A DNA stretch of 63,511 nucleotides, the filler included, from Octopus bimaculoides (lineage: Eukaryota), in assembly GCF_001194135.2 (NCBI RefSeq). It is 7 parts of 5 records of this genome, joined end to end, with 100 filler letters (N's around TTAATTAATTAA, not from the genome) between each part and the next. Parts side by side here need not be neighbours in the genome. Positions count along the whole stretch, not along the records: positions 8,057 to 18,204 come from NC_068987.1; positions 18,305 to 41,562 come from NC_068987.1; 5 more parts are not named here. One strand, given 5' to 3'. Both the position numbers and the translations under genes were made by a program. Positions within the stretch are counted from its first letter, which is position 1. The number at the start of each line of letters is the position of its first letter. The notes below the pieces were generated by a model, which worked only from the letters and a program-made list of their open reading frames with translations, did no database searches and was not told the DNA's origin. Shown here in pieces: positions 11,113 to 23,403 of the stretch.

Positions 11113-13687
11113 TGTGTGTGTGTGTGTGTGTGCATTTATCTCTATTTGTGTGCGTGTATAGTTCCACTACCATTATACCTCAGCGAAAGACCTCCGTACT
11201 TTCACATTAACTTAAAATAATGGTTTGTTACATTAGTTATGAGGCTTGAGATGTTATTTTCGTGTGGGTGATTGAAAATAAGATGTTGTGAAGCTATGCC
11301 TCTGCCAGGAACATATGCAATATATATATATAAAGTGAAGTGGTTCCGATCGTTTAAGAACATTTTAACAGTATCGTACCTACGTAACCCGCTCTTGGGG
11401 AAAGCAAGATGCGATTGCGCGATGTTCATGCCTTTCTTAAGGGCATAAAGATTGTAATTAGCATTAAAATTATTCTTTCTTTATGTGTCATTAGGACAAC
11501 AACAAACATTACAATGCAATTAGTATGAATATAATTGAATATGGCATTGAATATTTCGTTGCATTTCTATGTTCAGTGTTTTAGGTTTATAGGGGAAGGG
11601 TCCCGAGGTTTGTATGTATGATGCAATCAACAAAAGAACTACATAATTTAACGGGTTTTATAGGTGTACATGTGTATGTCTGGGAGAAAGCTAAACTAAA
11701 TATAAAAAATTGTAAGTACGCATAATAATATCCTAATCGTGCAGAAGGTGTATTTTTAGAGAATTGTGGACATATATATGTATATATATTGTAATGTTCA
11801 TGCGTTTCATAAAGTAAAAAAATATAAGGCTTAAGAGAAGCGAAGCAGTCCAAACTGCTTGAAATAATTACCAACACACAAAAATAGATGCATGCACCCT
11901 TAAGAAAGTCTCGTGACGGCTGCTTCTGTTCGATTTTTTTTTCTTTTCATTCATTCGTGTTTTGCTTTCTTGTCTCGTATGTGCGCTTGTGTTTGCATAT
12001 GCATATTGCAATGGTGCACTTATTGCATTGCTTCTTTTCTATCAACTCTACATCTCATTTAATTTGGTATTATCTCCATCACTATTCTCATCTGTCAAAT
12101 GATGACCCTTTTTCTCACGTCAATATTTGATCTATTATATTTTTATAGCTTTTTTTTGTGAAGCTGTTCTTTCTATTGACTTTACTACCACCACTATCAC
12201 CATCGTCATCATTATCATCGTCGTCGTCATTATCTTTTACCTAGTTTCTTGCATCAGATTTTTAACTTTTCCAATGTACCTTTGCAGTCTCTCTTTCTCC
12301 TTCTCCCTCCCCACTCTCTCTCGCATTTGACTAGAGAATGGAAGGCGACAAATGGAATAATATAATAATATACAATATAATAATATTGCGATATAGGTAT
12401 ATAATCACATTTTTTGAAGCTGTATGGGCGAGTGTTGTACAGTCGATTGAATCTGTTCGCAGTATAATACTGGTATTTTATTTTATTGATCTGGACTGGG
12501 TTGAAATTCAACATAATATTAATAATCGTTTTTTTTCTATAATACGCATGAATTATGAGCGGATTTGCTTAAAGGTGGGAGGTTGGTTTTATACTATTAT
12601 AAATGAAATGAGAACCAAAATGCACTGGAACAGTTTGGCGAACATTTCACCTTATTTTATGATATCTTGATGCTCGCATCTTAGTTCAATGATAGTTCTA
12701 TTAATGAAACAGCGAGGGAGCCTCTTTGTGGTCAATCAATCTATTATAAATAGCAACTAAAAGATTTCGTCAAATTACACCCCATCGTCTTCGGAAAAGG
12801 AAAGGACACATGAGAGATGATGTACTCTTACAACCCCTAGCAAGACAATCTTCGTTATAGGGGTTGATTTAATAGCGTCAAAGTATAATAATATTAATGA
12901 TTGTTGTTTAGCTCCAAGTCAGCGCTGAGTAGATATAAACAAAGCCCTTCCAATATGTCCTTCCTCTTTTGAAAGATGGTGTAGGGTGTAATTTGAAGGA
13001 GATTTAGTTGCTATTTCTAACAGGTTGAGCAATCCATTACTAGTTCTTATCGTTGGTTCGAGAAGGTCCCACGATGCTTTTAAAATTTTTTTTTAGTGAT
13101 GTTAGTGTTGGAATCAGTTGTCTCGAATATCATTTTACAGGGTCCGAAATGACATTCTGTGACGTCTATGCCTCTTACTCTCTCATAAGTAGTGTCAGGT
13201 TAAATGGCTACATCTATGGGTGTGATTTCCGAGCTGGGGACTAGGATGATTGTCAAAATATTTAGTAGGATGAAGGCGGAAGAATGAGAAAGAGCAGTGT
13301 CGGTTAAAAAAGCCCACTTCAGGGTAGCCTCTACGTGATAGCCAGACCCGCTAGCAATAGCAACCAAGACTTCTCTCGGATCACACATTAGTTATCTTAA
13401 ACAAGGAAAGTGAACATTAGAGAAGGTAGAGTTATACACAGCTGAAAAAGATGAAATAGCGGTCACAGCTGGTATAGTTTTGATCATAGTTCTACTGAAC
13501 GTCAGTATTGACGAAGCGCCGATTAACGAGGGTGTCAGCCATAATATTTACCAGGTGTTCGTCATTATTAAAAATAATAGCGAATTATGGAAAATAGTTC
13601 GATGTTAAATGTGGAAATAGGTACACTTGTATGGGTGTGATATGGGATGTGTCAGAGGAAACTAATATAGGGAATTGAAAGAAAACC

Positions 13688-14507
13688 GGTCAATATAAAG
13701 ACCTTCACCCGGGGGGGAAAAAAAACCCCAGCCGGGGGGGGGGGGTTAACAAGTGTGTGGAAAACGAATATGAAAAAAATGCGCGCTGACGACCCTGGGG
13801 TGGGGAGGGGACTTTCGGAAAATTCACAAGATCCTATTTTCCGTCATAACTTCGGGTAAAATGGATATNNNNNNNNNNNNNNNNNNNNNNNNNNNNNNNN
13901 NNNNNNNNNNNNNNNNNNNNNNNNNNNNNNNNNNNNNNNNNNNNNNNNNNNNNNNNNNNNNNNNNNNNNNNNNNNNNNNNNNNNNNNNNNNNNNNNNNNN
14001 NNNNNNNNNNNNNNNNNNNNNNNNNNNNNNNNNNNNNNNNNNNNNNNNNNNNNNNNNNNNNNNNNNNNNNNNNNNNNNNNNNNNNNNNNNNNNNNNNNAA
14101 AAAAAAGAATATATCACGGTGGTGCACCAGCATGACCGCAGCCACTTGGCTGAAACACATAAATAAAAAAAAAAAAAACCTTCAGGCCTTCAAGCAGGTT
14201 ATCCACATGCTAGAAATAACAGCCAAATTTCACAAAACTGCGATAACATAATGAAATAAAAAAAAAAAAAAATTCAGAAGAGGATCCTTTATAACCAAAA
14301 ACGTGGGATTCCGTAAAATAAATCAATATATGTCCATTTTACCCGAATTTATGATGGAAAAATCGGATCTTGTGAATTTTCCGAAAGTCCCCTCCCAGGG
14401 TTGTCAGTGCGCATTTTCTTTTCATATTCGTTTTCCACACACTTGTTAACACACCCCAGACTGGTTAATTTTTTCTTTGTTCCCTGGTAGGGATCTTTAC
14501 ATTGACC
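13688..14507. mobile_element. Foldback MITE with about 180-bp TIRs and an 8-bp target duplication (Merlin- or MULE-like)
   Basis: GGTCAAT...ATTGACC ends; the arms 13688-13868 and about 14327-14507 are reverse complements; AGAAAACC lies at both 13680-87 and 14508-15. Confidence 0.85.
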
Positions 14508-15330
14508 AGAAAACCAACTCCTAAGTATTCAAGATGGAGCGAGGAAAAAATGTCTCGTTATCGATATTTCAACCCTTCTCACCAGAGTATTTCTATTTGA
14601 TTTATAGACAGGTAAAGAAAAACGTACGTCTCGGATGAATGTAGAGCATATTCACATAATGGGGCTCTATGAGTAGATAAAATAGATGTAGAAAAAAACC
14701 CCAAGATCTCAAATGTGTGTGAAATAGCGAATTGTTTTATACGTTCAACATAAACAGCCTTCCTCATTCTGTGAGTTCTATGTTACTTGATATTGTTTTT
14801 GTGTATATTATCCGGGACCCAACATTCTACTCACATCAGGTCAAACCTGGGACTAAACGACAACGATTCACGACTGCGTATCTAGTACTTATTTTATAAG
14901 ATGTCACACACAGATGGAAGTTTTTTTTTTCTGTGATTGGTTTTCCTCCAAAAACAAAACAAACACAATGAAACGAAATAATTTAAAACCAAGTCACAAG
15001 CCCACAACATTCTGAATGTGGGTATGGTAGATTTGATTAAGTTAACTCAGTTACTCACCAGGTACTTATTTTGTCGACCCCGGCGAGATGTATCAACTGC
15101 GGATGAATGAAAGGATAATGGTAATGATGTTTTTCCTTCTGATTTAGATACAAGGTCGGCAATTTTGAGGAGAGAGGGTTAGTTGGTATCATTGACTTTC
15201 GAACGTAATTGGTAAACAGGTACATTGATGACCCCGAAAGGATGAAAAGTAAAGTTGATCACGACAGGATTTGATCTCAGAACTAAATGCTGCATGACAT
15301 TTTTTCCGACGCTGTAGTAAGTAGTTCTTT

Positions 15331-15527
15331 CTATTGGCATAAGACCTGAAATTTTGGGGCGAGAGCTATTCGATTACATCGACTACAATGATCAACTGGT
15401 ACTTATTTTATCGACCCCGGAAGGAAGAAAGACAAAGTCGATATCGGCGGGATTTGAACATTAAGACAGACAAAATGCCGCTAAGCATTTGTCCAGCGTG
15501 CTAACGATTCTGCCACCTCGCCGCCTT
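15331..15527 (-). mobile_element. SINE family A
   Basis: Family A body; the 5' end abuts (TTA)n. Further fragments lie at about 15040-15320. Confidence 0.85.
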
Positions 15528-15547
15528 AATAATAATAATAATAATAA

Positions 15548-15967
15548 TGGTGGAGATGGAGTATATGTAATCTGAGTATACCCCCCCCCTTTAAATTTTG
15601 TTTTTTTTTACGGAATCCTATGTTTCAGACCATGGAGAATCCGATTCTGGAAAAAATTTTTCAAAAATCTCAATTCCCCCACCCCTGGTTTTTATATAGA
15701 TCCACAGGGTAAACCTAACCCTAACTCAAACCCTAACCCTAACCCTGACCCTAACCCTAACCCTGACCCTAACCCTAACACTAGTTTTGTGAGATTTGGC
15801 TGTTATTTCTAGCATGTAAATAGCCTGCTTGGGGGGGGGGATTTAAATTTTTCAAAAATTTTTTTTCAGAATCGGAATCTCCATAGCCTAAAACGTGGGA
15901 TTCCGTAAAAAAAAATAAATAAATAAGGGGGGGAAAGGTTCAGATTACATATAGTCCATCTCTACCA
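15548..15967. mobile_element. MITE with about 130-bp TIRs in a (TAA)n tract (possible TAA TSD, PIF/Harbinger-like), carrying telomeric repeats
   Basis: TGGTGGAGATGGAGTATATGTAATCTGA vs reverse-complemented right end TGGTAGAGATGGACTATATGTAATCTGA. Confidence 0.8.
15713..15779. repeat. Interstitial telomere-type repeat (CCCTAA)n with CCCTGA variants
   Basis: About 10 hexamers read directly. Confidence 0.9.
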
Positions 15968-16822
15968 TAATAATAATAATAATAATGATGATGATGATGA
16001 GTGATTTCTAATATAAGTACAAGGCCCGTCCCAGCACTTGCCTGCTACTTACTCCAACAATTCTACGGGATTTGAACTCAGGCCTCGTTTGGCCCTATAC
16101 CGTTGCTTATGACCACCCTGGTGATTAGAACACACTTAGGTGATATGCAAAAATTGCCAAATGAGACTGTTATCCGGAGCCTCTGTAAGTAGTTGTAAGA
16201 ATATATTAAACGATGTCCCACATATACAAAAAGATGAGATGGCTACGGTTGGAAATCCTTATAGGTCTGCTCAGTCAGCCCTGATCAGCTACTGCAAATA
16301 ACGAAGCCACATTACTTAGGAAAATATGTAATCGAAAGAAAACCTAGGTTTTATTCATTATAGATGGAGCAAAGAAGAAAAAAATGTGTTGCTATTGATA
16401 TATCAATCCTTTCTGACCAGAAAGAGCATTAAGAAAACGTTTGGAATGAATGTAGGGATATATATATATATATATATATATANNNNNNNNNNNNNNNNNN
16501 NNNNNNNNNNNNNNNNNNNNNNNNNNNNNNNNNNNNNNNNNNNNNNNNNNNNNNNNNNNNNNNNNNNNNNNNNNNNNNNNNNNNNNNNNNNNNNNNNNNN
16601 NNNNNNNNNNNNNNNNNNNNNNNNNNNNNNNNNNNNNNNNNNNNNNNNNNNNNNNNNNNNNNNNNGTTATGGTTATCGGCACTAAAACTGGCTTTTATTA
16701 ATGGCTTCAGAAGAGTGTAAGGTCCTTTAAGAGACGGAGAATTGTCAGTATTTGATTAGATGTCCTTTTCTTTCTTTTTTTTTTTTATATTTTAGCGACC
16801 TGGAGAATAATGAAAAGCTACA

Positions 16823-17043
16823 CAGTAATCTCTCGCCATATCACAGTTCACCTATCGTGGTTTATTATTTAAGCTTACGTCGATTCCTTCGTGGTGGTGT
16901 TTTGCATTTATAAGAAAAAAAATATATACAAATTATATATATAAAAAAAAATATGCAGTACAGTACTGTTTTTACTTCGCGGATTTTCACCTATCGCAGT
17001 TTTTTTTTGTAACATAACATCTGCGATAGTCGAGGGATTACTG
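16823..17043. mobile_element. pogo/Tigger-like MITE
   Basis: TIRs CAGTAATCTCTCGCCATATC / CAGTAATCCCTCGACTATCG; TA on the right flank; the same terminus recurs at 49064. Confidence 0.75.
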
Positions 17044-17064
17044 TATAATAATTATAGTAGTAAT

Positions 17065-17287
17065 GCTTTCTAAATTTGGCACAAGGCCAGCGATTTTCGG
17101 GGGAGGGGAAAGTCGATTGTATCGACTCTGGTGCTCAACTATTACTTATTTAATCGACCCTAAAAGGATGAAAGGCAAAGTCGACCTCGGCGGCATTTGC
17201 ACTCAGAGCATTTGCACGTAAAGAGCCAGAAAAATGCAGCTGACCATTTTGTCCGGCGTGCTACGATTCTGTCAGTTCACCACCTTA
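17065..17287 (-). mobile_element. SINE family A
   Basis: Family A body; the 5' end abuts TAA repeats. Confidence 0.85.
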
Positions 17288-17997
17288 ATAATAATGATAA
17301 TGGTATTTTTTCCCCATTAATTAAAATTATAACGTTTTCTTTTTATTCCGACATAGGTGATGAATGGGAAACATGATAAAACGACGTAGCTATTTCTTCA
17401 TTAAAAAAAAAAATTACGTTAGATAATAATTAGTATAACATTCTGTGGACGGACTTGAGGGAAAGGACGAATCATTGAAGTTCGTGCTTTTCTCAAGGGC
17501 AGTCTAACGGAGATACTATGGTTTCGACATGCAATGGAAACAGGGTCATGGACTCGGCTTACGCGCCCGCGCATTCATATACACGCATACATATAACCCT
17601 TGCTGTATCACTACACATGTACAGTGGAGTAATGTTAGATTATGTATGTATAAAATGTAATGCATTTTCTATGTGCGCATGTGTGTGTTTTGCAAATGTA
17701 TTTGTGATTCGTTTTCTTCGATTCGCTGAGACGACGTATTCAACTACATGTGTATTGTTTGTGTGTGTGTGTCTGTCATTTAGCTAGTCTCTCTGGGTGA
17801 TGTAGCCACATACTTTGGTTTTAATTACCTCTCCTGATACGGTTTCAGTATCTTTCCTCACTCTCTACAGCCCGTCGTCAACCACCTAACATCACTATGA
17901 TAGATAGATAGATAGATACATAGATCATACAGTCACAAGTGTGCGCTCAGTGACTGTAGATGTGTGTTTGAGCAAATTCGTTTGTATAATTCTTTCT

Positions 17998-18170
17998 AAT
18001 TTTGGCACATGGTCAGTCATTTTGAGGAAAGGAACAAATCGATTCCATCGCTCCCTCTCCCCCGAAAAAGATGAAAGACAACGTTGACCTCAACGGGATT
18101 GAAGCTCAGAAAGTAAAAAGCCGGAGAAACGCCTCTAAGCATTTGTCTGATGCGCTAAACGGTTTTGCCA
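17998..18170 (-). mobile_element. SINE family A (degenerate)
   Basis: AAAGATGAAAGACAACGTTGACCTC...GATTGAAGCTCAGAA. Confidence 0.65.
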
Positions 18171-18304
18171 CTTTGTTTTATTGTAGCTGTCTTTTCGAGC
18201 GTTANNNNNNNNNNNNNNNNNNNNNNNNNNNNNNNNNNNNNNNNNNNNTTAATTAATTAANNNNNNNNNNNNNNNNNNNNNNNNNNNNNNNNNNNNNNNN
18301 NNNN

Positions 18305-18445
18305 GTATATCTGTATTTGTCCCTCCCCACCATCGCTTGACAACCGATGTTGGTGTGTTTACGCCCTGGGATCGATTATTTCGACTAAAGACGGTGCTCC
18401 AGAATGGCGGCAGTCAAATGACTGAAACAAGTAAAAGAATAAGCA
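18305..18445 (-). mobile_element. Interspersed repeat, family D
   Basis: CTTGACAACCGATGTTGGTGTGTTTAC...GCTCCAG(C)ATGG.CGCAGTCAAATGACTGAAACAAG; copies at 26420, 28260, 46200 and 48300. Confidence 0.75.
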
Positions 18446-18469
18446 TTTTTTCTGGCGCAGTAACGTTTC

Positions 18470-18703
18470 TTATTTCTTTATTGCCCACAAGGGGCAAAAC
18501 ACAGAGGGGACAAAGAAGGACAGACAAACGGATTAAGTCGATTACATCGTCCCTAGTGCGTAACTGGTACTTATTTAGTCGACCCCGAAAGGATGAAAGG
18601 CAAAGTCGACCTCGGCGGAATTTGAACTCAGAACGTAAAGATAGACGAAATACCGCTAAGCATTTCACCCGGCGTGCTAACGACTCTGCCAACACACCGC
18701 TTT
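18470..18703 (-). mobile_element. SINE family A (near full length)
   Basis: A-box-like TGGCAGAGTCG and B-box GAGTTCAAATTCC on the minus strand, followed by the family body. Confidence 0.9.
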
Positions 18704-18779
18704 GAGACGTGCTTAGATAATGCAATCTTAAATACAATATGGCTGACAAAAAAAAAAAAAATTGGGATTCTCGAGATTG

Positions 18780-19060
18780 GAAACCGATTACTCATAAGTC
18801 ATGATTTGTGGAGTTCGTCGATAACTGCGGACTTTCGTTTCTTGTGGACATTCTAAACAGTTCCCTCTGCTTAGGAAGTTTCTCTAATTCCAGTGATGGG
18901 ACATTGCGTTGATGGATCTCTTTCAAACCCTCCACTAAACCGTCCTTGCACTTCGACTACACTTTCGTACTTCCAGTAGCACTTTCGAATAAATTAAATT
19001 TGTTCAAAGCTTTATCTCTGGTTACCTTCATTGTTTATAATAGGTTAAATCTACAAAGAA
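18780..19060 (-). mobile_element. Tc1/mariner-superfamily transposase N-terminal relic
   Basis: Minus frame reads CYWKYESVVEVQGRFSGGFERDPST...RETS*AEGTV*NVHKK, the typical HTH N-terminus of IS630/Tc1/mariner-like transposases, with stops. Confidence 0.55.
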
Positions 19061-19164
19061 ATGTAAACTGAGTTATCAGCTGTTAAAGCCTGTATACATT
19101 TTTGGGTGGGGAGGAGACATTCTGTGGATAGATAGATAGATAGATAGATAGAGAGAGAGATAAA

Positions 19165-19420
19165 AAAAAATTAAAATAAATGCGCCCTTTTAAAGCCTAG
19201 GCAGGCTCATGGGCCCGGCTTCCCGGTTTCAATGGCGTATGTGTTCCCCAGCTGGACGGGACGCCAGTCCATCGCAGCGTGACTCATTTTTGCCAGCTGA
19301 GTGGACTGGAGCAACGTGAAATGAAGTGTTTTGCTCAAGAACACAACACGTCGCCCTGTTCAGGAATCGAAACCACAAACTTACGATCATGATGCTGACA
19401 CCCTAACCACTAAGCACACG
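19165..19420 (-). mobile_element. tRNA-derived SINE, family B
   Basis: Minus strand GCTTAGTGGTTAGGGTG...GGTTTCGATTCCTG followed by TTGTGTTCTTGAGCAAAACACTTCATTTCACGTTGCTCCAGTCCACTCAGCTGG. Confidence 0.85.
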
Positions 19421-19443
19421 CACCTCCATATATATATATGTGA

Positions 19444-19494
<51 letters not shown>

Positions 19495-20003
19495 GATAGA
19501 TAGATAGATAGAACCAAATAAGTATGTGTACATACACACCCTGGATACGAGCTTGCTAGTGAATGTGTATATAATTGTGTGTACATTATTATAAATCATG
19601 ATGGATACACAGTGGGGCTTCTGTTTATTGCCCGACTTTAACTAATCAATGACGTCAGACCCAAGGGGTGTACATAAACAAAATGTATCTAGATTTACGT
19701 GTATAAATAATCAACTGCAAGCAACGGTTAACTTAATTTTAATTCCCCCGAATTCAGTATAATTACTATTCCAAAGAGCTTTCGTCGTTGGCGCGTGTCA
19801 TGGCACTGTTAATGGTTGCTCTGAGTGTGTGTAGGTGGCGGTGTTGTACGTCAGAGTTTGTAACGATGTTGTGTTCTTCGTCATAGCTGTGATGTCGCTA
19901 GTGACGGTTGTGATGCTGGCGATGGTTGTGATGTTGTATTGTGATGGTTAGTGGCGGTTGTGAGGTTGGCGATGGTTGTAATGCTTTAATAATAGTCTAG
20001 GTG

Positions 20004-20236
20004 TTATTTCTTTACTACCCACAAGGGGCTAAACATAGAGGGGACAAACAAGGACAAACAAACGGATTAAGTCGATTATATCGACCCCAGTGCGTAACTG
20101 GTACTTATTTAATCGACCCCGTAAGGATGAAAGGCAAAGTCGACCTCGGCGGAATTTGAACTCAGAACGTAGCGGCAGACGAAATACTGCTAAGCATTTC
20201 GCCCGGCGTGCTAACGGTTCTGCCAAGCTCGCCGCC
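20004..20236 (-). mobile_element. SINE family A (near full length)
   Basis: Close match to the 18470 copy. Confidence 0.9.
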
Positions 20237-21360
20237 TCTTATAGTCTAGGTGCTGTGATGTTGTAGTTGTGATGAGTAGACGGTGTTGATGGTGACGGAC
20301 AGACTGATGTTGATGATGGCGATAAGGCTTGTAACAGAGTTTGTTGTTAGTGGTGTGCATAGTGTTGAGGGACCAGTTGTGGTGGTGATACAGTTGTGAT
20401 GCTAGTCGTGAGGGTGGTGCTGGTGGTATTGGTGGGGGTATTTTTGGCAGGGGTAGCTATGCAAGCTGCAATCGTAGCTGTGTCAGTAGTTATTTCTAAA
20501 GAATCTGATTGTACTGAGGGCAGCTGAAGCCATAGTGGTGGTAGTGACGGTGGTGCTGCTGCTGTTAATACTAGTGGTGGTGCTGGTGGTGTTAGTTTTT
20601 GTGGTTGTATTGGTGGTTGGGTTATTTGTTGTTTATGGAGAGACTGATTGTGCTGTGGATAGCTGTAACCGTAGTGGTTGAGGGGGGGGNNNNNNNNNNN
20701 NNNNNNNNNNNNNNNNNNNNNNNNNNNNNNNNNNNNNNNNNNNNNNNNNNNNNNNNNNNNNNNNNNNNNNNNNNNNNNNNNNNNNNNNNNNNNNNNNNNN
20801 NNNNNNNNNNNNNNNNNNNNNNNNNNNNNNNNNNNNNNNNNNNNNNNNNNNNNNNNNNNNNNNNNNNNNNNNNNNNNNNNNNNNNNNNNNNNNNNNNNNN
20901 NNNNNNNNNNNNNNNNNNNNNNNNNNNNNNNNNNNNNNNNNNNNNNNNNNNNNNNNNNNNNNNNNNNNNNNNNNNNNNNNNNNNNNNNNNNNNNNNNNNN
21001 NNNNNNNNNNNNNNNNNNNNNNNNNNNNNNNNNNNNNNNNNNNNNNNNNNNNNNNNNNNNNNNNNNNNNNNNNNNNNNNNNNNNNNNNNNNNNNNNNNNN
21101 NNNNNNNNNNNNNNNNNNNNNNNNNNNNNNNNNNNNNNNNNNNNNNNNNNNNNNNNNNNNNNNNNNNNNNNNNNNNNNNNNNNNNNNNNNNNNNNNNNNN
21201 NNNNNNNNNNNNNNNNNNNNNNNNNNNNNNNNNNNNNNNNNNNNNNNNNNNNNNNNNNNNNNNNNNNNNNNNNNNNNNNNNNNNNNNNNNNNNNNNNNNN
21301 NNNNNNNNNNNNNNNNNNNNNNNNNNNNNNNNNNNNNNNNNNNNNNNNNNNNNNNNNNNN

Positions 21361-21660
21361 GTCGGTCGGTCGGTCGGTCGGTTAGTTGGCTGGCTGTTTG
21401 ATTGGCTGGTTGGTTGGCTTATTGACTGGTTCGTTGGCTGGCTGGCTGGCAGGCTGGCTGGCAGGCTGGCTGGCTGGCAGGCTGGCTGGCTGGCCGACTT
21501 GTTGGCTGGCTTGCTAGCTAGCTGTCTGGCTGAATAGTTGACTGCGTTATTAGTATATGACCGGGTAACCATCTTCTGCCTGCCTGCCTAGCTGCATCGC
21601 TGGTTACCTGACTGGCAAGCTGGTTTGGTTTGCCGGCTGGCTGCTCAACTCTCTGGTTGG
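21361..21660. repeat. (GGTC)n/(GGCT)n tetranucleotide array
   Basis: Direct reading. Confidence 0.9.
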
Positions 21661-22274
21661 GTAGCTAAACTGTCTGGCTCAGCTATAAAACGTATCTTAT
21701 ACAACAATGTTGTTGTTCTTCTTGCCTCTTGTTAACGTTACACACACGTATGCACACGCATCCACACGTATGCACTTGTGCACAGATGTTTTAAGCCACA
21801 CTTATATGAAGAATGTACAAGAAATTACAGTTTTCTCTATCATGATTTGATGACTTTACATGTGTAACGCCGATAAGTACCGGTGTACAACTGCTGGTTG
21901 ATCGTTATCAAATATTTAGGTGGCTGTCTTGAAATACCTGGGGATTTGAGGGAGAGAAGGTGAAAACAAGTATTTATACACAGACACACACAAACACGCA
22001 CACATGCATACATATTTATAATGTGTTTATAAAATTTATTATCAGTGACTGCGAAGTGATTTCGTCGGTTGTAGTTTGATCAAGCGCTTTGAGCAAAGCA
22101 AAACAGACGAAACAATTTCGAAGTCACTATGAATAAAATTATAATACATACATACAAAAATACATACATACATACATACGCACACACACACATACATAAA
22201 TACATAAACACATACATACGTACATGCATACATACATACATACATACACACACACATATGGCTACGTATATATG

Positions 22275-22663
22275 TCATTGTTCAGTTTTAGCTCAAGATT
22301 TCTTGCCAATAGATAAAGAACCGGTTTCTAACCCAGATACAAGGCTCCTTCATTGGAATTTCAACATCAGCAACAGGGTATTTTTGTATATATGTATATG
22401 TGCAAATTTGCATGTTTTGTTTTTACTTAATTTGCATGTATTCTCATGCATATAGCTACATATCTAGACATGCTCATATATACTTAAATGATAAACTCCT
22501 GGAGAGTCTTACAGATTTTTACAGTTCCAGTGATGGCTTGGATCTGTAGTCTTCGAATTAGCTTTCTCTTTGCTGATTTTGAGAAGCCTAATTTCTCAAG
22601 GTTGGTATTTAGGCAGTGTGTTATGCCATTGCTCCAATAATTACAGGTATAAACCTGAACTTG
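22275..22663 (-). mobile_element. 5'-truncated RLE-type retrotransposon in a (CATA)n array
   Basis: Reverse-complement match to 41063-41502, including KFRFIPVIIGA. Confidence 0.8.
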
Positions 22664-22667
22664 TTTG

Positions 22668-22701
<34 letters not shown>

Positions 22702-22747
22702 TGCATGTATGTTTGTACGTATGTAGGTATGAATGTAAACACTAATG

Positions 22748-22915
22748 AATGAAGATTTATTCGTGATTTATCAATTTATCAGCAGCGTACGTTTCAAGTA
22801 GAATACCACATCTGAAGATCGATCGATTAAACGAGTAGAAAAGCAGTATTGCAGCATTTTGAGATGTACGATTCTATTTGAAACGTACGTAACTGATAAA
22901 TCATGAATAAATCTC
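22748..22915. mobile_element. Small foldback element
   Basis: GATTTATTCGTGATTTATCA...CGTACGTTTCAAGTAGAAT is mirrored by ATTCTATTTGAAACGTACG...TGATAAATCATGAATAAATC. Confidence 0.6.
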
Positions 22916-23346
22916 GATTCTTTTGTATTTTTTCCTATTACAATTTAAACTGAATTCATTTCGTGTTTGAACATTGAATTTACAAACTGGACTCGTGGCA
23001 GAAAAGGAATTTACAAGCAATGTCGATTATTGTGGCATTCACTGGACAACTTATTTGACCGGGTTCGATACCTACAGAGTCTGTATTCTTTTCTCCCTTT
23101 ACCTTCATTATACATATATACATTTATATATGTGTGTATATATATATTTTTGGTTAATGAGAGAGACGGAAGATACGAGAATTCTTATTAGTCACTATAA
23201 TTGTTTCGACCCATCTGGCATCGATCCCTCACGGGTAGAATACTTAACAACTGGTTTAGGAGCATCCGTCTCGGTAATAATTAGATATAACTCGTTAAAA
23301 AAACGACTGTTCCGCAAGATATCTTTTCGGCTCGTGTAAAGAAAAG

Positions 23347-23403
<57 letters not shown>

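Noticed and set aside
14534-14611. Plus-strand ATG...CAG|gtaaag mini-exon (MERGKNVSLSIFQPFSPEYFYLIYRQ)
   Set aside because: Short, unrecognised, adjacent to a MITE, and with no supporting downstream exon found.
23195-23250. Minus-strand hammerhead-like motif (...CGTGAGG-GATC...GGTC-GAAAC)
   Set aside because: The CUGANGA core is not intact and stems I and III cannot be formed.
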